From: Octopus vulgaris
Taxonomy: Eukaryota
Direction of reading: 5' to 3'
Assembly (NCBI GenBank): GCA_951406725.2
Contig: OX597832.1
Location: 12,276,001-12,340,000 of the forward strand
DNA length: 64,000 bases
Shown: piece after piece, positions 54,554-64,000 of the stretch
Position numbering within the stretch: the first letter of the stretch is position 1
Layout of the letters: each line of letters opens with the position of its first letter
Notes under the pieces: model-generated
The model's input: the letters and a program-made list of their open reading frames with translations, nothing else
Told to the model about the DNA's origin: nothing
The model's database searches: none
Made by a program: the position numbers and the translations under genes

Positions 54554-54667
54554 CTCGCTTATCCTTACAACATAGGTTTTTTTTCCCCGGTATTGGGAGG
54601 AAAGAGTGTGACAGTGACCTTCGCAAGGTCTTTCAGAATTGGCAGCTGTTGCGGCTGATGTCGACAT
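54554..54667 (-). other. Exon candidate (114 nt)
   Basis: TTTTATTTCATCAG| acceptor and GAG|GTAAGC donor; only phase 0 is open (MSTSAATAANSERPCEGHCHTLSSQYRGKKTYVVRISE). No homology recognised. Confidence 0.3.
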
Positions 54668-56160
54668 CTGATGAAATAAAACACGTTCGGGGAGTGAATT
54701 CTTGTTGGGTTGACATTATGGGAGGATAAAGGTGAAGATAATCAGATAAACTGGTTAGTGTGAAATGTAGGAATCTAAATGTTCAATGATACAAGGAAAA
54801 ATTAATGTGAAATATGGTAGTAAGAAGAGAACTTTGAGAAGCAGAGGCTTTTAATTTAACAGCATATAGAAAGAAAAAAAAAACTACTATTGATGACAGC
54901 CCAACCGTGACCATTTCGATTTTTTCCCCAGACATAATGCAATGACGATTGCATTTATCCAATACTTTCTTTAAAATAATAATAGAGCGAGATTTCAAAG
55001 AGTTCCCACTGCCAGTTTTGGCAAGTTTGAGCTATCAAGTGTGTATTATTTGATGAGAATTCAACAAATCATCCGGTGCCTAGCCAAGTAAAATCAATAT
55101 TTCTTCTGTTTTGTTTAATATTTTCTACTGTAGGTTCTGTTCATACGCTCTGCGTTTATTTTGATTGTAAGAGAATTTCTATCCTCTAATTCTGAATGTA
55201 GTCTTGACAACACAGCTGACGGCAGAAATAAAAACAAGCAAACATAAAAAAAAAAAAAACAGAAAGAAAATTTACGCCATTGTCATTCTTTTCCAGTAAA
55301 TTGCTGGAGACTTCTTTGTTCTGAGTTAGAATTTAGCTGATGACATGGGAAAAAAAAATATTCTGTCAAAGAATTCTTTAAAAATTAAAGACTTCTTTAA
55401 AAATTAAAATTACAGTAGGAGCGATCTTGGTATTTTAAGTAAACATATTTTAATTGAAGATCTCTGGAGCAAGATTAATTGTTGTATAGTATTTTGTGTA
55501 TATATCTAGCTATCGGATAATATAATTTTTTTAATAAACTTCAGGAGAATTATAAATTTAGAAAATAATAAAGAAAACAGAAGAAATATGATTTGACAAT
55601 GCTTTCTATTTGCATTCTCTGCTGGTCTACAAATAATGTAGCGATGACATGTTACGTCGACCATTATAATTACTACACAAGACATAAGGTTCTTCGTTTT
55701 GTCATCAAGAAAATAATGCCCACAAATACTTTACGTGCGAACAGTTGTTTAGTGAAAATAAACTGAAGGGAAAAAGTGAAAGTCGTAAACCACTAACAAG
55801 CGTGAATATCATCAGGAAGAGAATCAAGTGTGGTTTTTACAATTCTTTTGATAAGTTTATTTAGATGCACACACGAAAAGAAATACATGTACTCGTGTGC
55901 GCACACACAAACACATGCAGAAACAGGCACACACACTCTCACTCACTCACGCACCTACACACATATATATATGTATGCATACATACATGCATATACATAT
56001 ACCACAGTCCCACTACGCAGTGTCATGAACAAGTGTCTTCAGCTGTGGCCCGGGAAGATCGACGGCGTTTAATGAACTTGAAGCACAGATCCTGCGTGGA
56101 AACACGTCAAGTGTATACACGCACACACACATACAAATACAAACACATACATACACTCAA

Positions 56161-56362
56161 GCTACCAGAAATGTTAGCACGCCGGGCGAAATGCATACAT
56201 TCTGAGTTCAAACTCCGCCGAGGTCGACTTTGCCTGTCATTCTTTCGGAGACGATTAATTAAGTACCAGTTACACACTAGGGTTGATATAATCGACTTAA
56301 TCCGTGTGTTTGTCCTTGTTTGTCCCCTCTGTGTGTAGCCCCTTGTGGACAGTAAAGAAATA
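56161..56362 (+). mobile_element. SINE family B between remnants of a SINE A
   Basis: GTTAGCACGCCGGGCGAAATGC...GAGTTCAAACTCCGCCGAGGTCGACTTTGCC; A-like pieces at about 56005-56065 and 56440-56530. Confidence 0.85.
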
Positions 56363-56999
56363 ACACATACATACACTCACATACACACACAAACACACAT
56401 ATGTATATCGTGTGTTTGTGTGTGTATACAAGATATTTCAAAAGTAAGTCCTGAGGTCGATATGTCTCATTAAGACCTCTTGCAGGCGGTACCCAAGCAT
56501 GGAAAAACTCTAACAGAAACAAGTAAAAGAAAATATACTTCACACAGGTATACACATAATTCATTCATGCATACAAATATATATGTATACATACAAACAT
56601 ACATATACACACACATACATAGTCACAGATGCATACATACATGCATACAAACATACACATACCTACATATATACACACATTTATATATGTGTATAAATCA
56701 GTTATAAAGATTTAAGCAACGAACTTTTTTGAAATAACTGACTACAAGGAATAAACGAGTGATTATCAAATCAATACTTGGAATTGAAGATAGTTCGTGT
56801 CTAAATTCACATACAGCTCCACATCATTGAATGCAAAGAAAGTCAATGTAAAACAATCACCACTTAAATCTCAAAAGGATAACTGGTATCATAATACGGT
56901 TGCAATTGCAACGGTTACTAACTGATGCAGTAGAAACATATGTAGGTTTATTTGAGGCTGCAATTATATAAAAAGACGAATTAAAGGTAATGCTAATGC

Positions 57000-57990
57000 T
57001 ACTTCGTAATAAGGCTACACTGTTGGAAAAGAAATAAATCCTAACATTGGGCCACAAGTAACCTTAGATGACAAGAACCCTCCTATTTCTCCTAGTTGTC
57101 CCTAATAACACTGTTTTCAGGAGTTGTTCTAACCTGCAATTTATGCTTATTTCTTCTATCCATCTGTTCAGATCTTTAGGGATAGTTCACAAGGTACCTG
57201 CAACTACTAGTATACATTTTACCCACACTTTTCATAGTCCCTATAATTAAAATGCTAGGTCCTGGTACTTTGCTACATTTTTTTATACTTTTCATATTAA
57301 TATTTTCATTATTTGTGTCTGTAAAGTCAGTTATCTGGCACATTCTATTGTCTTTATCTACTACTACCAAATCAGGCATTCTAGCTTCTATTACTCTGCC
57401 AGTCTGAATGTCAAAGTCCCACAACATCTTATATTTCTTACTTTCTAGTACTTTGCTAGGTTCATGTTCATACTGTTTATCACTGTGTTCAAATCCTAGA
57501 TTTCTACATAGCTCTCAATGGTTTACTCTCCCTATATTGTCATGCCTTTCTTACTGTGCCGTCTTTTGATTTGCATAATCTACTTGGTTCAGATCATCCA
57601 TGTAGAGCAAATGGCTAATTTTCCCCCTACTATTTCTGAACGGGTACGTTCCTTTGCTTTCCTTAATGCTAAACTGAGGGGGATCAAACATAAGACAAAC
57701 AGTAAAGGGGACTTCTCTAAAAGTGTGCCACCTCAGTAAAGATCTACTTTCCATTTATTCATACTACAGCTAATTCTCTTATGTTGTCTGCTATACTGTT
57801 CAACTAGGCACTCATGTTTGTCTCTCCTAAAGGTTACTAAATCCGGCCTTCGGTTTTCTAATACAGCGTCTGTACGGAAGTCAAAGTCCCAAAGGATTTT
57901 GTCTTCCCCTTTTCGTCCATTACCTTCTAACCAAGCACCCTTAACCTTATATCCATACTCATGGCTTCTAGCCAGTGAAGATTTCGTGCT
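57000..57990 (-). mobile_element. R4/Dong-clade LINE mosaic (RLE fragment, RT fragments, second RLE)
   Basis: ILWDFDFRTDAVLENRRPDLV; SPLLFVLCLIPLS; ISHLLYMDDL; RHDNIGR..H*ELC...EHEP; MLWDFDIQT..IEARMPDLVVVDK; KTVLLGT. Confidence 0.9.
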
Positions 57991-58004
57991 ACCTTGTCGT
58001 ATCA

Positions 58005-58176
58005 TATTATTGTTATTATTATTATTATTATTAATGAATGAGAGAACAGTGCATGCCATCACAGTGACACTAGGGTAAAATATACGAAGCCGAGTATACC
58101 TACCATGACTACCCGTTTGATAAAAATAGACCAAATGTCGCGCAAAACCATGTGCGCGATATGGTGATTTCATATC
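58005..58176 (-). mobile_element. Retroposon 3' UTR fragment with (TAA)n tail
   Basis: Unique sequence ending ...GCACTGTTCTCTCATTCAT(TAA)n on the minus strand, adjacent to the Dong-like pieces. Confidence 0.55.
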
Positions 58177-58179
58177 ACT

Positions 58180-58380
58180 ATTACTATCATCATCATCGTC
58201 GTCGTCGTCATCAACATCATCGTCGTCATCATCATCATCGTCATCGTGTTCATCATCATCGTCGTCATCATCAACATCATCGTCGTCATCGTCAACATCA
58301 TCATCGTCAACATCATCGTCGTCATCATCATCGTCGTCGTCATCATCATCGTCGTCATCATCATCGTCATCATCATCCTT
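58180..58380. repeat. (CAT)/(CGT) trinucleotide tract
   Basis: Direct reading. Confidence 0.95.
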
Positions 58381-58608
58381 ATTGACAGTAAATACTCCAG
58401 GAAACCTATATGAATGAATGTAATATCTTTAGAATAATCCAATGGAATATATCACTAAATACTTATATAAAAATTATTACTGGATTTATATGCTAACAGT
58501 TGATTAGCCTATTTTGAACATTTAACTTTGAGCAAACCGGTCAATCTCTTAGCAATTACCAACATATATATACACACACAGACTTATAAACATATACATT
58601 ATACATAT

Positions 58609-58663
<55 letters not shown>

Positions 58664-59329
58664 TGTATATATGTATATGTATGTATATATGAATATATAT
58701 GTATATATGTACCCACACGTAGGCACGTACACCATAGACACACGCGTACGCATTTGAGGTGTATGAGCGCAGAATAGAGATAAACAACTCAATCTATTTA
58801 GCTGATAATACTCCATTCAAAGCAGATGATTCATTTATTATCTGCGTTACCTGCACGAACTCGTACAAGTGGAAAATCTTCGAATAACAAGGAAATGAAC
58901 TATCAGCTTCGAAAGAACATTTGTATTGAATTTAGTAAGGAAAGCCACTGTCTTCTAATGTGAATGAACTATTTAATTGTGAATTATCAGGTGTAACAAG
59001 GCAATAAGTCTGAGTAAAAAAAACCCCAAAATAACCTGCATTGATGACACGTCAGCCCCTGTACCCACATTTAGAGAAGAAGAATTACTAGTAAGAGGGT
59101 GGGAGATCCTAGTTTTGTTATCTTTGAATTATCCTCTTTTATTTACTGATTTCTTGATGTATTCACTTAAGATTTCTGTAGCTTTCTTTTGTTTCCGTCT
59201 TGAGTCACGATTCGAGTCTTCGTAATACGCATAGCGACAAATGCATACGGGCACATGTACATAAGCATATACATACACACAAGCATACATACATGCATAC
59301 ATACACACACTACATAATGGATAAAAATC

Positions 59330-59490
59330 GGCACATACATACATACAAAAATACCTTGTTGTTGAAATTCCAATGAAGGAAACTTGGATCTAGGTTAGAA
59401 ACCGGTTTTTCTCTATAGTTCAAAAATCTTGAAAAAACCCCCACCAAAAAATGAATAATGACATACATACATGCATGCATACATACATAC
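59330..59490 (+). mobile_element. Terminal 3' UTR fragment of the 4497-5097 R4/Dong family
   Basis: TGTTGAAATTCCAATGAA...GGATCTAGGTTAGAAACCGGTT.TTTCTCTAT is the reverse complement of about 4520-4615. Confidence 0.8.
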
Positions 59491-59783
59491 ACACACACAC
59501 ATTCATACCTATATACATATATGCATGCATGCGTGTATACATATGTACATACATACGTGCATGCATGCTTACATACATATATGGATTACATACATACATA
59601 TATACATAAATACAGAGACATATTCGAAGACGATTCTTGGTGCTTCTTACTGCTTAATTAACCGGAGCCTGGACTGCACCAGAGAGCTCTTACGGTACCT
59701 GCCTGCACAACTTATTCCTATATACACATCGTTTATGTGTGTGTGTGTGTGAGCCCGCGCGTGTGTCTTTGCGCGCACGTGTA

Positions 59784-59838
<55 letters not shown>

Positions 59839-59879
59839 TAATAAGAAAATGTATACATATATATAAACATATATATGTA

Positions 59880-60090
59880 TTTGTGTGTGTGTGTTTGTAC
59901 CCTTACCATTGCTTGACTATCGATGTTGGTGTGATTAGGTACCCCTAAGTTACGGTTCGGCAAAAGTGATCGATAGAATAAGTATTAGGCTTACAAAGAT
60001 TTAGTCCAGGGGGTCTATTGGTTCGACTAAAGGCGGTGCTCCAGCATGGCCGCAGTCAAATGACTGAAACAAATATAAGAACAAAAGAAT
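59880..60090 (+). mobile_element. SINE family A, 3' half
   Basis: CGGTTCGGCAAAAG...AAAGGCGGTGCTCCAGCATGGCCGCAGTCAAATGACTGAAACA. Confidence 0.88.
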
Positions 60091-60935
60091 ATATATATAT
60101 ATTGACATACATGTGCGCGTATGTTCCGCAGTACTAAACATATATATACGCGTGTTTACACATCTGTTTATCTCCCTCTTTATCCTACAAAAGTGCATTT
60201 TCTTTTATTAACAATATTTACTGTCATGCTTATAATCTAACATTTGTTGGGGTGCTTTGCTGTCAACAATTCACTAATCCCTTTATTACCATTTCACTAA
60301 CACACTGCTCGTTCTACTTGCCTCCGCCCCACCTGACCCTCTTCACGTTCTTTTACTCGTCGTCGTTGTCATAATCGTGGTTGCTGGCTTAATGAGTATT
60401 TTCAATAAAAGAATTTGCGAATGCATACAGCGTCATACTAATTCTTGAGTAATCGACTTTACCGTTTTTATTCAGTGCTGTTGGTGTTGTTGTTGTTTTG
60501 TATTAGTTCGTTGGTGTTGAATGTGTCACAGCAGGTATCGGTCGTTGGTTTCTTTAATTAATATCGTAATTATTAATACTATAATAATAATAATAATTTT
60601 TTTTAGTTTTCTTTTACAAAATTTTATCATCTTATGATTTTCATTATTGCCGTTAAGAAATATTTCGACACTTGTAGGAGAACCATGTAATCAAATACAC
60701 ACACGCTCATGCACGCGTGCCAGCGCACACACACTCACTCTCACTCATACACACTCACTCTTACTCATACACACAAACACACACGAGCAAGCAAATATAA
60801 TAGTATCAAACAAGGAGAATGTATGCTCAACACCGTATTTCTTTGGTAAATATTCTTAATTCGGTTTGGGGATTAAGAAGGATACCGCGAATATGGAAAT
60901 TATTTCCGTACGGCACCAGTAATATACATAAAGTG

Positions 60936-61003
<68 letters not shown>

Positions 61004-61004
61004 T

Positions 61005-61379
61005 GGTTGGCACTCCGTCGGTTACGACGACGAGATTTCCAGTTTATCCGATCAACAGAACAGTCTGCTAGTGAAATTAATGTGCAAGTGACTGAGCATG
61101 TGTACTCTTAACGTAGTTCTCGGGGGAGATTCAGCGCGACACAGTGCGTGATAAGGCTGGCCCTTTGAAATACAGGTAGAACAGAAACGGGAAGATAGAG
61201 TGAGAGAAAGTTGTAGTGAAAGAGTACAGCAGGGTTCGCCACCACCACCCTTGCCAGATCCTCGTAGGGCTTTAGGTGTTTTCGTTCAATAAACACTCGC
61301 AACGTCCGGTCTGGGAATCGAAAGCGCGATTCTACGACCAGGAGTCCGCTGCCCTAACCACTGGGCCATTGCGCCTCCA
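61005..61379 (-). mobile_element. tRNA-derived SINE family C
   Basis: Head TGGAGGCGCAATGGCCCAGTGGTTAGGGCAGCGGACTC...TTCGATTCCC; body shared with the element at 63047. Confidence 0.88.
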
Positions 61380-61425
61380 TTATATATCAACACACACACA
61401 CACATATTGTGAACAGATTTTTCAT

Positions 61426-61633
61426 AATAGAGATTGGATTGAACAGATTTATTACAAATCACTACAACTATTTCAAAACATCATTATCAGCTGTTTATTG
61501 CTGGATGTTGCACAAATTGTCCACAATAGTACAGTATGATTTAACAATAGCTGTATACACTAATTAACAACTGATAATGATGCGTTGAATCAATCGCTTC
61601 AATTTGTAATAAAGCCTATTCAATCCACCTATT
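61426..61633. repeat. Degenerate inverted repeat with arms of about 70 bp
   Basis: TGGATTGAACAGATTTATTACAAAT...CATCATTATCAG pairs with CTGATAATGATG...ATTTGTAATAAAGCCTATTCAATCCA. Confidence 0.75.
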
Positions 61634-62131
61634 AAAATTTCTTTGTTTAGACCTTACGTATATTATTTGTAGATTCCACATGTATATCCTGGTATACATG
61701 TATATTATATAATAGGAAATACATCCATTACTTAAAGCCATCCTCAGTTAAAGCATTACCAAGCCCTGAGGAAGGTCGTACGTAATGGAAACATTTTCTA
61801 TTATACATTACGTAAACGAAACTTACGTATTAAATTATTTTAGATATCACTATTTGGGTTCTTGTGTGTATGTATGTATACCTATGTGTATGTGCACGCC
61901 CACGCGTATGTGAGTATGTGAATGTGTGTGTATTCTGTAAATAAATATATATTTATATGAGCAGGTATGTTTTACTGGTACTGACTTGAAACACTTGGCT
62001 TGAAACACTGTTAGTGTAGTGAAATTATTATTGCTAGACCATAAAACCTTGTGATCTTCCGCCCAACATAGCCAAGTTCACAGGAAACCACCACCACTAC
62101 TACTATTACTACTACTACTACTACTACTACA

Positions 62132-62162
<31 letters not shown>

Positions 62163-62633
62163 AATTCCTTTAAATGTAAATCTGAGCACTGGCCTCTTAT
62201 CTTCCTTACTGGTGTTACACCGCCCGCTTTGCGATTAAATCACTCCTGGACAATATCCTCATCAGCTCCCCACCAGTAATGACATCATCGTCACCACCAC
62301 TCCTCCATTACCATTACCATCGTCGCCGTCATTTTAATCGTAACATCATCCCCATTGTTTTCATCTTTATTCCTTTAAGCACCAGGCTTATCCCTAATCG
62401 TCACTGGCTTAATCTTCATATTTAATAATCACCCTCGTTATCATCAATAACAAGAATACTAATTAGCATCGACAGCAATAAAAACAACAAGGAACTTTTA
62501 AATAAGCTACACTAAAAGCATCACCAATATCAAAATGGATGCTTCTTCTTTACATGGTCTTTCTACATTTTAGAGGCAGCAGTCAAATCTCCTTGAACGT
62601 AAACCCTATCATTTCAGAATGTATATTCACATA

Positions 62634-62939
62634 GGCGTAGGATTGGCTGTGTGGTTAGTAGCTTGCTTACTAACCACATGGTTCCGAGTTCAGTCCCACT
62701 GCGTGGCACCTTGGGTGTCTTCTACTATAGCCTCGGGCCGACAAAAGCCTTGGGTGTGGATTTGGAAGAAGGAAACAGAAAAGAAGCCCGTCTTATATAT
62801 GTATATATATATATATTATATGTGTGTGTTTGTGTGTCTTTGTTTGTCCACCCACCCAACATCGCTTGACAACCGATGCTGGTGTGTTTACGCCCCCTTA
62901 AGCTAGCGGTTCGGCAAAAGGGACCGGTAGAATAAGTAC
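62634..62939 (+). mobile_element. SINE family A lacking its tail
   Basis: Head through AGAATAAGTAC, then abuts SINE B sequence. Confidence 0.9.
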
Positions 62940-63046
62940 ATGCCCCATTTCGTCTGTCTTTACTTTATGAGTTCAAATGCCTTCGACTTCGCCTTTCATC
63001 ATTTCGGGGTCGGTGAAATAAGTACGAACGGAGCACTGGGTCTGAT

Positions 63047-63342
63047 TTTTTGTTTGTTCCTTCTTGAGCCATGCCTAGTTCATACGGGCCGGTTTCCCGG
63101 TTTCTTGGCGTATAGGTTCCCCACCTTGACGGGACACCGGTCCATCGCAGGTGAGCTGCAAGATGCAGGAGGAAAGAGTGAGAAAAAGTTGTGGCGAAGA
63201 AGTTTCGCCATTATATTCTGCCGGAGCCGCGTGGAGCTTAGGTGTTTCGCTCATAAACACATACATCACCCGGTCTGAGATTCGAATCCGGGATCCCTCG
63301 ACCGCGAGTCCGCTGCTCTAACCACAAGGCCATGTGCCTCCA
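63047..63342 (-). mobile_element. tRNA-derived SINE family D inserted in a SINE B, 13-bp TSD
   Basis: CACTGGGT(C/T)TGAT at 63034-63046 and 63343-63355; head TGGAGGCACATGGCCTTGTGGTTAGAGCAGCGGACTCG...GGATTCGAATC. Confidence 0.9.
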
Positions 63343-63519
63343 CACTGGGTTTGATGGGAGCGATTAGTCCCTTCCTCTAAAATGGTAGGCCTTTTCTGTT
63401 ATCAAAGATCATTTCCATTATCATACTGTCACTATTGTAACGACGAAAGGCACCGAGATAACAAAATCTTTAGAGCTTCAGAAAAAATGCTTTACTATAT
63501 TTCTTCCGGTTGAAGAGAG

Positions 63520-64000
63520 GGAGTTGCCAGAATCATTAGCACGTTGGGCAAAATGCTTAGAAGTATTTCGTCCGTATTTAAGTTCGGAGTTCAAATTCTG
63601 CCTAGGTGAACTTTGCTTTTCATTCTTTCCGAGTCGATAAAATAAGTACCTGTGGCGGCGAGCTGGCAGAAACGTTAGCACGCCGGGCGAAATGCTTAGC
63701 GGTATTTCGTCTGCGTTACGTTGTGAGTTCAAATTCCGCCGAGGTCGACTTTGCCTTTCATCCTTTCGGGGTCGATAAATTAAGTACCAGTTACGCACTG
63801 GGGTCGATGTAATCGACTTAATACCTATGTCTGTCCTTGTTTGTTCCCTCTGTGTTTGGCCCCTTGTGGGTAATAAAGAAATAGGCATTTCGTCTGCGTT
63901 ACGTTGTGAGTTCAAATTCCGCCGAGGTCGACTTTGCCTTTCATCCTTTCGGGGTTGATAAATTAAGTACCAGTTACGCACTGGGGTCGATGTAATCGAC
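63520..64000 (+). mobile_element. SINE B cluster: older copy (63520-63652), young copy from 63654, and a tandem partial duplicate from about 63886
   Basis: 63705-63818 is repeated almost exactly at 63887-64000. Confidence 0.92.

Noticed and set aside
1837-60198. Numerous YIYI, HTHT and VCVC ORFs in the supplied track
   Set aside because: They are translations of dinucleotide and tetranucleotide repeats, which lack stop codons in several frames.

Overview
AT-rich, repeat-saturated eukaryotic non-coding DNA (intron or intergenic). The SINE families and the microsatellite load point to an octopod cephalopod; this is recognition from memory, not a database hit. I can support no intact host gene. 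Almost all ORFs in the supplied track are translations of (TA)n, (CA)n, (TACA)n, (TAGA)n or trinucleotide repeats. The real content is: (1) at least five tRNA-derived SINE families (labelled A-E here), often nested; (2) decayed coding remnants of R4/Dong, CR1 and RTE LINEs, Penelope-like elements (PLEs; RT and GIY-YIG), a Helitron RepHel and a Tc1-type transposase; (3) non-autonomous Helitrons and a TA-flanked MITE; (4) a 107-bp tandem array. The most interesting signal is a set of minimal hammerhead-ribozyme-like folds in PLE-type termini. One of them (23881-23931, minus strand) has an intact fold with a G3:C8 swapped core and lies in a 119-bp inverted repeat of about 95% identity. Two weak minus-strand exon candidates lie near 54 kb. 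Boundaries of old repeats are approximate.
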